DNA from: Lama glama
Lineage: Eukaryota
Direction of reading: 5' to 3'
NCBI GenBank assembly: GCA_028534125.1
Contig: CM052818.1
Location: 42,596,001 to 42,660,000, forward strand
DNA length: 64,000 bases
Positions 11,166 to 23,099 of this stretch are shown piece after piece; the first letter of the stretch is position 1, and the number at the start of each line of letters is the position of its first letter. Under the pieces are notes generated by a model that was not told the origin of the DNA, made no database searches, and was given only the letters and a program-made list of their open reading frames with translations. A program made the position numbers and the translations under genes.

Positions 11166-14100
11166 CCGGACTGGCCAGGGCCTGGCAATATTAACATAAA
11201 TGGAGGATTTATCCTTCTCGTGGGGAGCTGGCAATATAGTGAGGGAGTCAGAGTGTAGACAGATATTTATTGCAATGTGGTAGTCGTGGCACAGAGGTAT
11301 GTGTGTGAGAGGCATGAGGATTCTGGACTTCCCTGGGAGTTTTAGACTTTCCCCCCAGTGTCGTGTTCAATTCCGGGCACCATTCGTCAGGACCCGCCCT
11401 GGCAGTTCAGAGCAGGTTCCCAGGGAGGGCCCTGTCTCTGGATGGCTGTGGGAGGTATTGTGTTGAAGATGGAGAAGGAAGGCTCAGGTAGAAGTGAGCA
11501 TCACCGCAAACCTGACCAGTTGGTGAGCAGAGGAGGGCTGACAATTCTAGTGTGTGGCTCCAGCAGGTAGCACCAGGGCCAGCTGCAGGAATCATCAGGT
11601 TTGCACATCTTCTTTCAGTGGAAGTGAGCTCTTTCTAGCAATCAGATCTCTAAGGTAGCAAGTCACCTTTTATAGGAGGTCCGAGCAGCAGCTGGAGGTG
11701 TGGTGGGAGGGATTCACGCACTCGAGAAGATGGAGCTGGACCAGAGATTGCAGACTTAGTTCCCTGTACACTCGTTCTATGGGGCCTGTCCATCTGTCCA
11801 GCTGCTGCAGGGGACAGAGGCTGAAGGGCACGGCATGCTCCGGCATGTATTAGGGTGGGATTTCTTTTGAGCCAAAGAGTCTTCTGATTTTTTTTTCTTT
11901 TTAATTACTGCACATTTCCTTCCAAACTCCTATGACCCACGATAAAGCTGACTTTTAAAACCATGTTAGCATTTTGCGTTGGTTTATAGAATGTTAGGGC
12001 TGGGAGGGACCTTTGACATAATCTTCAAAAGTGATTCTTAACCTTTTGGACATCTCTCACCTGCTTTAAAATGTCACAGAAGCTGTTTCCTGGGAAAATG
12101 CACAAACATCCTTACAGGGGAACGCCCATTCAAGGATCCTCCCATAGTCGGTGGACCTCAGGGTGAGACTCCCTGATTTAGTCTCACTTCAGACCTTGTA
12201 GATGGGTAACTGGAGGCCAGGAGGCAGCACTGAGGGGTGGGGGTAGGAAAGCCCACAGGACCTGGAATCAGGGTGTCTTTAATTCAAGTCCTAGTTCTGC
12301 CTTTCAGAGATGTGCTCTTGGGTGCTTTGGAATACTAAAGAAAGGCTTTGTGTGGTCGGCAATGAGAAAATGACTAAAATATTATAAAGCGTGCCTTTTC
12401 AAGTCTTCCTGGAATAGAGAGGGGGAGAGATAAGTGATAAAACAGGCCACAGAAGCAGCGATGGAGAAGCTGGATGGACGAGAATTTGGAGAGGGGAGCA
12501 GAAGCCCAGCTGTCAGGGTCCAGCAGCTTGTGTTGGAACCACCAGCTTCCAGCCAAGCCAGGGCAGCACGGCAGGTCCACGGTAGGGTCCTGGTCCTGAA
12601 GGCACCCAATCCTTCCAGGACTCCTAGACTTCTATCCTCACGTTATTGTGGGATGGTCTATACCTATGGTGAGGAAATGAAACCTTGTCTACTTAATAGG
12701 GACTAGAGGTGTTAAGGCAACTGTGAGGGGTCACGACACCCACCATCGACAGGAGAAGGTGAGGGTTTGTACGAACAGTTGCTGCACTGGGTCGACGTTG
12801 CTGCTTCCTTGGTTATGCCGAGCTGAGAGGCTTCCATTGAACAACACTTTCTTAATCTCTACTTCACTCCAATGGCTTCAGAAGTGATGACTGCCTGGAA
12901 AAGGGTCTCAAAGCTAAGAGGGCAGCACAGTTAACGCCATGGACCTTCATTTCTTTGTGTATGTAATACGGCTAATCACAATGGCATTGCTTACAGCTGT
13001 AGCCAGATGTTCAAGAAGGTTATTTGGGTGCAATCACTCTGTAAACTGAGAGTCAGGATGGGGATAGTCCTGTCTTGTCGTTCATGGCCAGGGCAGGAGG
13101 GAGTCTGGTGTTCTTCATACTTTGCATGTAAATCACAGCTGAGCTTCTAGAGAAATATCTTGCTGTTCTTCGTCTGCATACTGTTTATGTCTGCTGTTGC
13201 ACGGAGATTTGGAGATCTCATTTCAAACGAGACCGATCAGGTTTCAAATGTCTGACACTCATTAGCAGAGCAACTGTTGTGAGGGCGTTTAATTTCCTTC
13301 CACTGCAGTTTCCTCATGGAGATAAAAATCCCAGCTTCAAAGAGTAATGTCCTCCCGCCCGGCCCCATGGATACCCGGTGAACCCCCGGCGAAGGAGGCC
13401 TGCTCAGCCAAGACCCCCTTCGCTGCCACCACCTCCCTGCCTTTTCTTTCTTTTATTTATTTATTTTTAACGCTAAGTCTGGTATGTGTTAGGGTTTGTC
13501 TATTGCTAGTAGCTTTTTCTCGAAGGTTAATTCACGTGCTTTATAATACTTAATTTTATGGTTCTTTGCCCACAGCGTTGAGTCCTTTGTCCATAGTTGC
13601 TTGGAACTGCATTCCTAGTGTCCCTGGAAGATAGGCTCCCCAGCAGGACCTTCGTCCCTCGTCCACCGGGCTGCCCACACTTGCTGGACACTGGTTATGG
13701 CCTTGGCCCATCAGAGATCCGGGACCCATTTCTCATCAACGATCAGCTCCTTCCTGGCAGGTTTCACTCTGCCTTCTTTCCTTCTTTCCTCGTCTCTCTC
13801 CAGCACATCTCTCCCCGCACCGTTGCCTCAATCACAGCCTTCCATCTGCCCCAAAGTTCTTGGCTGAAGATGAGACCAAACAAACAACATGGACACAACT
13901 GGCCTTATTGGGTTGGTGGCTGGGATCACTGAGTCCTGGTGCGGTCACAGGTGGTTTTAAGATGAGGTGAGCTGCTGCCTTCATATTCCTTCTACCTCAT
14001 TTTTTGTAGAACCCTGATGTGATGGTGAATGGACTGATATTTCACCTAAGTTTGAATCCTTCTTTGTTCGGCCCAGATTGGCTCTTATAGATAAGGTAGA

Positions 14101-14978
14101 CAAACCTGGCTTAGGTATGAAGATGCTCTAATTTACTGATAAATCCAATTGTAATCACAATTTCCAAGCCTTTACTTCTCCATTTCTCATTCCCCCAAAA
14201 CTAAGGATACAAATATCCATGTATGATTTTGGTTGGCACTGAGTCAGTTTGCACCAGTGGAATTTATTTATCTTTACAGGAGGAGTACAGAAAGCCTTCA
14301 ACCTATCACCTGGGCAGCTCCATAATTCTGCTGTGGCTTCTCCTGTTCAGTGCTTATTTTGGTGAGGGTGTCTCACATTTACTTTCTCACATTTATTTTT
14401 GGTGCAGTTTTGTATGTGTTGACGTACACGTTAGATGTAGATATTTTAATTCTTCTGATTGTTTTAGTACAAACAACCTGGAAATACGTCCAGGCTGACA
14501 TTCTCTGGAGTTGTCTTGGGAGATGAGATGAGATGCTGCAGCCATTTATTTGTGCTTTTCTATTTTGATGAGGTTGAATTGGCCAGTGTTTTACGGAGAA
14601 CAGACTCCTACGTGGTGCCCTGCTCCAGACTGGCACCCAGGGGGAGGGGAAGAGAGAATTCTAGCTACAGAAGTGGGCATGGTGGGGAACCTGGAGCAGG
14701 AAGAGCATATGCAAGATTCTCAGCAGCGAAACCCTTAACTAGGAGACACATTTCCAGCAAGTAGGATGGTGGGGTTTAACTTGTTACAATGGGCATTGAA
14801 ACAGGGTACTGCTCAAAGTGGGAGGATTAGTGGCATAAAAGACTTATACAACTGCCCAGGAAAACCATGACAGTGTCCACAATGAGCCTGTGTTGTCTTT
14901 CATTCCTAAGTATAATTGGAAAACGAAGGATCATCAGTTTGAGGCAAACCCGACAGCATGAAAAAGGGCCCAGATGAC

Positions 14979-15202
14979 AGGGAAAGACAAATATCATATG
15001 CTATCACTTATATATGTGGAATCTGAAAAACAAAAACTGATACAGATTCTGTTTACAAACCCCAAACAGACTCACAGACATAGAAAACAAACTACGGTTA
15101 CCAAAGGGGAAAGGGGGAGAGGGATAAATTAGGGGCTGGGAATTAACAGACATTGTAAATCAACTACAGTTCAATACATTTATTTTTTTAAACTACAAAG
15201 AA
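14979..15202 (+). mobile_element. 5'-truncated, internally deleted artiodactyl L1 3' UTR
   Basis: gaaagacaaatatcatatg...aaacagactcacagacatagaaaacaaac...ttgtaaatcaact. TSD gaaaaagggcccagatgac (14960-14978) / gaaaaaggatccagatgac (15203-15221). Confidence 0.85.
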
Positions 15203-15221
15203 GAAAAAGGATCCAGATGAC

Positions 15222-16130
15222 CAACAGAGCAAATTCAAACAGCATCAAGACACTTAAACACAGACAACCCCCCCATGTATAATTTTAAAATTTGAGAACA
15301 TGTTGTATCAATATAATCTGAAAAGGCCAATATAAAAAATTAGCAGTCAGCAAATAAAAGCTAGACATGGAAAATTAAAAACATATGATGCTGAAATCAA
15401 AATGTCAATGGGTCGTATAGCCTGAATAATGACGTCGGCACAACTAACTGGTCACAAAGACGGCGCCTAGGACGTCGTGTAGATGGACAGAGGTGGAAAC
15501 CAGGAGAAGCAAACACAGACACGTGAAGGATAAAGCCAGGGGTTCAACATCCATCCAACTGCAATTCTGGAAGGAGAAAACAAAAGTAATGCAGGAAATG
15601 AAGTAATCAAAGAAATAAATGGAAGATTATTTTCTGGGCTGAGGAGTCAAATCTTCACATGGAAAGGCACACTGAGGGCTAAGCTGGATTAATCAGAAAA
15701 GGTAAATCCCAGATTAGTGAAAAATATATATTTCAGAAATCTTAGGGCCGAGAGAAAATCTTTTGGGCTGTAAAAGAGAAAAACACACGTTATCAACAAA
15801 GGAACATCGATTGTTTTCATGAGCAGCTTTGGGGGCAATAAATAGAACTGTCTTTAAAATTCAGAGGGAAAGTGGTTTGGATATGAAATTCTGTCTAGAT
15901 AAACCATCAGTCGGGTTAAAGCCAAAATAAAACACTTCTAGACATGTATTATTTCAATTTTCGTCTCACAGATCCTACATGAAAAAAAATTACTTAAGGA
16001 AATAGTTTAGCAGAATGAAAAAGGAATCCACGAAAGAGGATGATACAGGGTATAAAAAAAGAGGGTGTTGGCTCACAGCCTGAGTGAAAGAAGAAAGTTA
16101 CAAGGAAATGAAAAGAGGTTTCATTAGGCT
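15222..16130 (+). mobile_element. Ancient L1 ORF1-like (L1M/HAL1) remnant
   Basis: A-rich decayed ORF1 pattern (ttctggaaggagaaaac...atcaaagaaataa...tttcagaaatc...agagaaaatc...atcaacaaaggaaca...tctttaaaattcagaggga). Confidence 0.6.
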
Positions 16131-16289
16131 TGGAAAATTCTCTTTTGTACAACATAGGACTTTTTTTCTTTATGGGTCGAACTATATGGCTTGATTCTCT
16201 TTTTGAATGAACCTATAGACTCTGTGTGGAAGACTTACAGAAGTCAGAAGAAGGAGGAAGTATTATAAGCTTTCCCAAAGTATAAATAA

Positions 16290-16780
16290 CGCAACACGGG
16301 GGCCGTTAGACGAGGGTGGCTCCGACGCCTTACACAGCGAATCAAAACCCAAGCCAGAGTCCACGCAGTGGAATCTGAGAAAGCGAAACTGAACAGCAAC
16401 CGATCAGAGAGCCAGGGAGGCCCTCCCAAATGAGGCGGCTGAGCGAGCCAGTCTCGTAGCCTCCTTGCTCTGCTCTGTGTCTGCCCTACGAAGGCCTCTT
16501 CCCCAGCTCCCGCGGGCGGAGAGCCGCTGTTTTGGTCTGGCGCGGCCTTCATCGGGAAGATGTTTGCTCGGACGCACTCTTCAACATTTTAATGTGCCTC
16601 GGTTTACCTTTAACACTGGTGAAAGCAAAGAGGAAGAGGAGGGAGAGGATGCTGGGCTTTGTGTAACAGTGTGAACTTCTTTCCGCGCGCCGTTCAGGGC
16701 GGCCGCCCGCGGGGGGCGGGACCGGGTGTGGAGGAGGCGGGTCAATTTCACTTTCCTTATCGCTCTGATGATACAAACAC
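16290..16780. promoter_or_regulatory. CpG-rich promoter-like region with GC box and ISRE/IRF motifs
   Basis: Dense CpGs including gcggccgc (16699-16706), GC box ggggcgggac (16713-16722), ISRE gaaagcgaaact (16379-16390), IRF-E aatttcactttcc (16744-16756), and a minus-strand donor gtaagt at 16238-16233. Confidence 0.65.
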
Positions 16781-17699
16781 TGTTTTAATACAGAGCAAGT
16801 CAGCCTTTCCTTTCATAAAATCCAGAGCTGGTGAAGTCCGCTAGACCCTGGAGTTTAAGTTTCCCCGGGCACTCATTATTTATAATCAGATAGCTTTATA
16901 TGTCTCTCCCATATTTGGACCCCTCAGAAACCAGCTGTTTTTTTTCCCCCCAGTGATGAGAAATACCCCCAAGTCAGATCACGCCCTCGAATGATTTTCC
17001 TTCCCCATGGATAGCTATGAATATTCTACAAACAAGACTTTTAAAAGCAAAATACTTTTTATTTCTAGTAGCTAAAAATCGAGCTGCAAGGCCAGTGGTA
17101 GGATTTCTAACATTGGGATGAAAACAATTGCAAAGCAGCCTCATGTCGTTAAGGAGATTTTCACAAACGTGGCGGTGTTGGGAAAACAACTCTTGCATTA
17201 CTGCTCCTTCTCCCTGAATTCCCATCAACTCCGCTCACCTTGGACATCCTTCAGGAAGTGATGCTCAGGCCAGTTTTGCTATGGCCCTCCCACGCAGGCA
17301 AGATCACTCTTTTTTTTTTTTAAGTGGGTCATTTATTCAGGATGCCAGAAAAAAAAAAGGAATCAGCAAGCTAATGAGTTATCTCTGTGCTTTGCATACA
17401 GACTGGAAGATTAATCTTTGTTAAGTGCTTGTTTAATGTTACGGTTAATAATTAGTTACCTCGTCCTCCTGGCCCATCCATCATTTTATTGAACTGTGGG
17501 GTTTATGTTTTTGTGCTTCTCCTCCACTCTTAAAGGTGGTTGCTTATCTTTGTTTAAGGTTGACTTTAGGTAAAAGAAGCCTGGATGGTTATTGAGAGAA
17601 CTTGTTGATGCTTAAGGGTTACATTTCGACGCAAAATATTTTTGTTTCTTACTGTTTCAGTGAAGGTATCTGTTGATGAAGAGGGGAAGGAGAGAGTGA

Positions 17700-17830
17700 C
17701 AAGAGCATTGGTTTGGAAATCAGGCGTGAGTCCCAGACTAGCCAGTTGGCACCGTGTACTTTGGTGCGGTAACTTAACCTCTTTGGGCCTCAGTCTCCTC
17801 CTGTGTAGAATGTGAGGATTGTACTGGAAG
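17700..17830 (+). mobile_element. MIR/MIR3 SINE
   Basis: aagagcattggtttggaaatcagg...aacttaacctctttgggcctcagtctcctcctgtgtagaatg. Confidence 0.75.
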
Positions 17831-18509
17831 TCCACAAAAAACTGCTCCAGCTTTCACACTTTATAATTGTGTATGATAAGCCAGGAATAAAGCTCCTTCT
17901 TAGAAGCATCTTTTTTTGGCAAAAAAATAGCTGGCAGGTAGCTGCCTGTCTTAACCATCTTCAGTAGAATAGTAGTTCGATGTCTGCAGTATCTCCAGCC
18001 TCCACTAAACATGCCTTTTTGCATTATCAGAAGTCACTATAGAAACCGCGTTGACAGTACCTATTGTAAGGAGCCTTGAACATTTTCAGGGCTTTGGAAA
18101 ACATGAACAAAAAAGGAGGCGGAGGAATAAACAGGGGCTGTTGCTGTAACTGCCTTCCCTTTCAGCAGTCTCGCCACAGCCTCAGCATTATTTAAAGTCC
18201 CAAGTGTTCCTGCAGTGTCTTTCAGGTGCATCAGGGATGCAGTTCAGGAAGTAGCATTCAGAAAACTAGCTGATGCTCTGGTCGTATGGAGGCCTTCAAT
18301 ATTATGCAAACCTGGGCGAGTCCTATAAACGCCCTGCTTCAGTTTGGTCTTTTCTGAAAAGTAAAGGAAAGGGAAGCAGACTGTGCAAAGCAGGGGCTGG
18401 AAGATGGGTTCTTCTACCTCCCCTGACTCAGTCACTGACCAGATGTGCGTCACCTGGAAAACAGGTTAGATGACACCAGAGTAATCTTTTAAAAAAATAG
18501 ACCAGATGA

Positions 18510-18619
18510 GGGGAGGCAGAGCGCATGCTCAGAATGCACGAGGTTGGGTTCCATCCCCAGTACCTACAGTAAATAAATCAATAAACCATATGCCCTCCTG
18601 CCCCCCAAATTAAAAAAAA
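18510..18619 (+). mobile_element. Vic-1-type tRNA-derived camelid SINE (degenerate 5' end)
   Basis: agagcgcatgctcagaatgcacgagg..gggttccatccccagtacc...taaataaatcaataaacc plus a C-run and A tail. Confidence 0.8.
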
Positions 18620-18745
18620 TTTTTTTTGTTTTCCACTATTTATTTATTTACTTATTGAAGTGTAGCAAATTTACAATATTAATTTCTACTCTACAGCATA
18701 GAGATTCATTTATACATATATCTTCCTTTCCATGTTTGTAAGTGA
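18620..18745 (-). mobile_element. Older L1 3' terminus
   Basis: T-rich tail followed by ttattgaagtgtag..tttacaatatt...tacagcatagagattca, the antisense L1 3' UTR. Confidence 0.65.
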
Positions 18746-18748
18746 AAG

Positions 18749-18963
18749 TTTTTTTTTTAAATTTTTTATTGAGTTATAGTCATTTTACAATGTTGTGTCA
18801 AATTCCAGTGTAGAGTACAATATTTCAGTTATACATGAACGTACATACATTCATTGTTACAGCTCTTTCGCTGTGAGCCACCACAAGATCCTGTATATAT
18901 TTCCCTGTGCTACACAGTACAATCTTGTTTATCTGTTCTACATTTTGAAATCCCAGTCTGTCC
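18749..18963 (-). mobile_element. Young camelid-type L1 3' end, running into the gap
   Basis: poly(T) then ttttattgagttatagtcattttacaatgttgtgtcaaattccagtgtagag...; closely similar to the copies at 26514 and 48785. Confidence 0.9.
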
Positions 18964-19463
18964 NNNNNNNNNNNNNNNNNNNNNNNNNNNNNNNNNNNNN
19001 NNNNNNNNNNNNNNNNNNNNNNNNNNNNNNNNNNNNNNNNNNNNNNNNNNNNNNNNNNNNNNNNNNNNNNNNNNNNNNNNNNNNNNNNNNNNNNNNNNNN
19101 NNNNNNNNNNNNNNNNNNNNNNNNNNNNNNNNNNNNNNNNNNNNNNNNNNNNNNNNNNNNNNNNNNNNNNNNNNNNNNNNNNNNNNNNNNNNNNNNNNNN
19201 NNNNNNNNNNNNNNNNNNNNNNNNNNNNNNNNNNNNNNNNNNNNNNNNNNNNNNNNNNNNNNNNNNNNNNNNNNNNNNNNNNNNNNNNNNNNNNNNNNNN
19301 NNNNNNNNNNNNNNNNNNNNNNNNNNNNNNNNNNNNNNNNNNNNNNNNNNNNNNNNNNNNNNNNNNNNNNNNNNNNNNNNNNNNNNNNNNNNNNNNNNNN
19401 NNNNNNNNNNNNNNNNNNNNNNNNNNNNNNNNNNNNNNNNNNNNNNNNNNNNNNNNNNNNNNN
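18964..19463. other. Assembly gap (500 N)
   Basis: Run of n characters; the round length suggests an estimated or placeholder size. Confidence 0.99.
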
Positions 19464-20064
19464 TAGAAATAAAAGCAAGAATAAACAAATGGGACCTAAT
19501 GAAACTTACAAGCTTCTGCACCACAAAGGAAACCAGAAGTAAAACAAAACGACAACCTACGGAATGGGAGAAAATTTTTGCAAATGATGAAACTGACAAA
19601 GGCTTGGTCTCCAGAATATATAAGCAGCTCATACGACTTAATAAGCAGAAAACAAATAACCCAACCCAAAAATGGGCAGAAGACCTAAACAAGCAATTCT
19701 CCAAGGAAGACATACAAATGATCAATAGGCACATGAAAAAATGCTCGATATCACTAACTATCAGAGAAATGCAGATCAAAACTACCATGACGTATCAGCC
19801 CACACCAGTCACAATGGCCATCATTCAAAAGTCCACAAATGACAAATGCTGGATAGGCTGTGGAAAAGGGGAACCCTCTTTCACTGCTGGTGGGAATGCA
19901 GTTTGGTGCAGCCACTGTGGAAAACAGTATGGAGATTCCTCAAAAGACTAGGAATAGACTTACCAAATGACCCAGGAATCCCACTCCTGGGCTTGTATCC
20001 AGAAGGAACCCTACTTCAAAATGACACCTGCACCCCAATGTTCATAGTAGCACTATTTACAATA
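19464..20064 (+). mobile_element. Young L1 ORF2 C-terminal segment (frameshifted)
   Basis: Translates as [23 protein letters not shown]...WEKIFAN...[19 protein letters not shown]. After a frameshift near 19865 it continues [25 protein letters not shown], the L1 ORF2 cysteine-rich domain. Confidence 0.95.
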
Positions 20065-20074
20065 AAAGTCTACC

Positions 20075-20190
20075 AACTTAAATGTTAATATCACACAAAA
20101 ACACCCTCACAGAAACATCCAGAATAATATTTGACCAACTATCTGGGTGCTGTGACCCAGCCAGGCTGACTCATAAAATCAACCATTGCA
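20075..20190 (-). mobile_element. MLT2 (ERVL) LTR 5' fragment
   Basis: aaacaccctcacagaaacatccagaataat..ttgaccaactatctggg...cccagccaggctgactcataaaatcaaccattgca is the antisense MLT2 start. Confidence 0.8.
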
Positions 20191-20204
20191 TATGCACATT
20201 AGGT

Positions 20205-20437
20205 TCTTGGAGTCATCAGATTCATAGAGACGGAAAGCAGAATGGGGACTGAGGGGAGGGCGGAATGAGGAGTTAGTGTTCAGTGGATACAGAGTTTCAG
20301 CTGGGAAGGATGACTAGTTCTGGAAATGCTGGTTGCATAACAATGTGACTGTACTTAATGCCACAGACCTGTACATCTAAATTTGGTTAAAATGGGAAAT
20401 TTTATGTTATATGTATTTTCATGCAATAAAAAAAGAA
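20205..20437 (+). mobile_element. L1MB-type 3' end
   Basis: attcatagagacggaaagcagaatgg...tggatacagagtttcag...tacttaatgccac...tggttaaaatgg.aaattttatgttatatgtatttt...aataaaaaa. Confidence 0.85.
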
Positions 20438-23099
20438 CAACATGCTCTCTCTTCTTGAGCACCTGTTATACACCAGACACAATTATGTGCATTTTCTCTT
20501 GTCTACACAGCTACCAGCTGGAATGGTGTTATTATCCCCCGTGTCCACACTTCAGGACAGAGCCAACGTAGGCAGCCTGTCACTCGTGGGGTCTATGTTG
20601 GAACCAAGGTTGTTCTCCCTTCAATCAGACCTCTTTTTAGCTGACCTCGTTGCTGTTTGAAAGTCTCACAGGTGCTTTCTAGGGAAGCCTGGAGCATGGA
20701 AGGTGCTGGCTGGGTGAGGAGACAGGCCTCTGCAGCTTCAGAGGGAGGAGGCGGTGTGAAATCTCTATTCATCTCACCAGGACTCTGTTTTCTCAAGCGC
20801 AAACTATGACATCCTGTACCAGGACTACTAAGGAATTAATTTAAAAGGCAGAATTCTCGCCCCCTCACACTCTTCCTAGAAATGTGAACTTAATATTCCC
20901 TGGGGAAAGTTTAAGCAGACTGAAGTTTCGGACTCACTGCCCTTGGGGGCAGTGCAGGTTTTCCAGAGCAGATGTGACCAGAAGCAGCAGCCATTAAACA
21001 GGCTAAAGGAGGAGGCAACTCTTCCAAGTGAATCCTACATCCTCATTGGCTTTTATTTAAAAAAAAATTAGGACTATGTTCTCATGGGAAAAATGATCCA
21101 AAGGGTGAGTTGAAAATTTCGGTGAATAAATTTCATTCCATTCCACCATATTCAATTCAGCTTCAATTAACTCTTCTAAAGATCACCAAGTGGAATAAGA
21201 CACAGTTCTTGCCCTCTTGCGGTTCCAGTCTATTAAGAAGACAAGAGCATGTACAACTAGCCATGTGATAAGTGTAGCAAGAATAAAGTTACATGGGGCT
21301 CCCCAAGGACGGAGTGATGGGGCCATTCCATATAGGTGGGGACTCGGAAAGCATTTCACTGTAACAGTGACTTTAAAGATGAATATAATTTTGTCATGTG
21401 GAAAAATGGGGAAATTCCATTCCCCAAAGAGGAAAATGCATGAACCAAAAGACAGGACATGTTGCAGCCCACAAAGTGCCTTTGGGCACATTCTGAAATT
21501 TTAAATAATCACAATCCACAGTTATGAGCATATGTTATAAGTTAAAATAAGGTGAAATTAGATGATTTTATTAATTATCGATAAAGTAGGAGCTGGTGGC
21601 TTCATTTTGTCACGGCAGATCTCGAGATGAAGAGCTGAGTTCTAGGGCATGTGAATCTTTTTAGTTGAGAAATTTCTAGAATAATACCTTTCTGATATGC
21701 GGAAAAGAGCGAGGGATAGTGTCAAGAGGCCCCTTTGGAGAAGTGCTCATGAGATGGTCCTTGTGAGAACTCTGTATATTGAAAAGCAGAATACAAACAT
21801 GAGTAATTATTATCAATGCATAGTTATAATATGCTTTGTGAGGTCACAGTAGTTTCCTGATCTGCATGACCCAGTGCACCAGACTCTTGAGTTTGAAAAC
21901 TGATCTTTGTAAAAATTCTTTTGGGAACATACATTTCATGATGCCACTGCAAAGTGGGAGTCACTAGAGAAATTCTCTTGCCCTTTTATGATTCTAACCC
22001 TTGTCTTTCCAGTGTAAACCTTCAGTCTCTGAGCAGGCAGCTTTCAGTCAGGTGCTAGAAAATTCTAGATCAAAAATAATTCATTTTAAGATGAGAGCAG
22101 CTGAAACTCTCTTGCAGGATGTATTTATTTGGATTGTAGAAGTATCACTCATGAATCAAAACAAGCCTTTCTTTGGAGAAATGATTGTGCGTGAGGGGAG
22201 GTGGGAATACTTTGAGAAAAAAATTTCCTCAATTTCTCTGAACTACGTACAGAAAAATGAAGCGAGGACTTCGGCGCCTTTCCCTAAAAGGTCCCAGCAC
22301 TGCTGGAGTTATTCAGTCTTTATAAAAGAAATGAAAACTGAAGTCCACAGAAGGTCATTTTTCTGGGCAAAAGGAAACCTCTGGGACTGGCTTTTTCAGA
22401 TAACTAGGGTACGTTATTATAAATGAAATAACAAGGAACCCGAGGGAACACTGCTGGAGTGTGTCAGCTCCCCTGGGAATAGCATTTCGGCTTTGCCTGA
22501 AATTCGCTCAGTTTTCAGTGTCAGTGTCTGATAAATTAACGCTCGCTGGGAAGCCTTTGCGTATATCTAGAGAGGAGACTTAGCAGGCAGGCCTGTGCTT
22601 CCGTAGATTCAGCTTTGAGGCATTTGTAGTAAAAAGAATATAAAACAACTTCTTTCTGGTGATTTTTTCCGAAGAAGAATTTCAAATGAACACCAAGTAG
22701 TCCATTACACATTCCTGAATATATTTTGGGAGATGTTAAAAATCCCTCACATCTTTTCAGTGGCAGTAGTCTGCATTTAGTGTTTGTCTGAAAGTTCCAA
22801 AGAAGTCCCCTGGAAAAACTGTATTTGATTGTGTTGTTCTTGGATTGATTTTAGTGTGTATCATTCAAAATCTCTTTCCCCTTAAATTTCAAAATTGTTC
22901 CACCCTCTGCATTTGCATGCAGAATTTTGGGACCATGAGAAGGGAGAAGCGCCATGCCCATGGCAGATGCGTTCTGGGTGAGGTTTTTTAGAGAGAGCTG
23001 TCTGAACATGGCATGTCGACATGATTGCATATGCAAGGAACAGATCCAGGCAAGGGAGATAAAGTGGAATAAAGAGGAACATCTCTCTCCCAACACCCA

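Noticed and set aside
11540..11575. CTCF-like ccagcaggtagcac
   Set aside because: Mismatch at a core G and unconvincing upstream-motif spacing.
18795..19951. Longest ORFs in the track (217-365 aa)
   Set aside because: They are inflated by the 500-N gap; the real residues are L1 UTR or ORF2.
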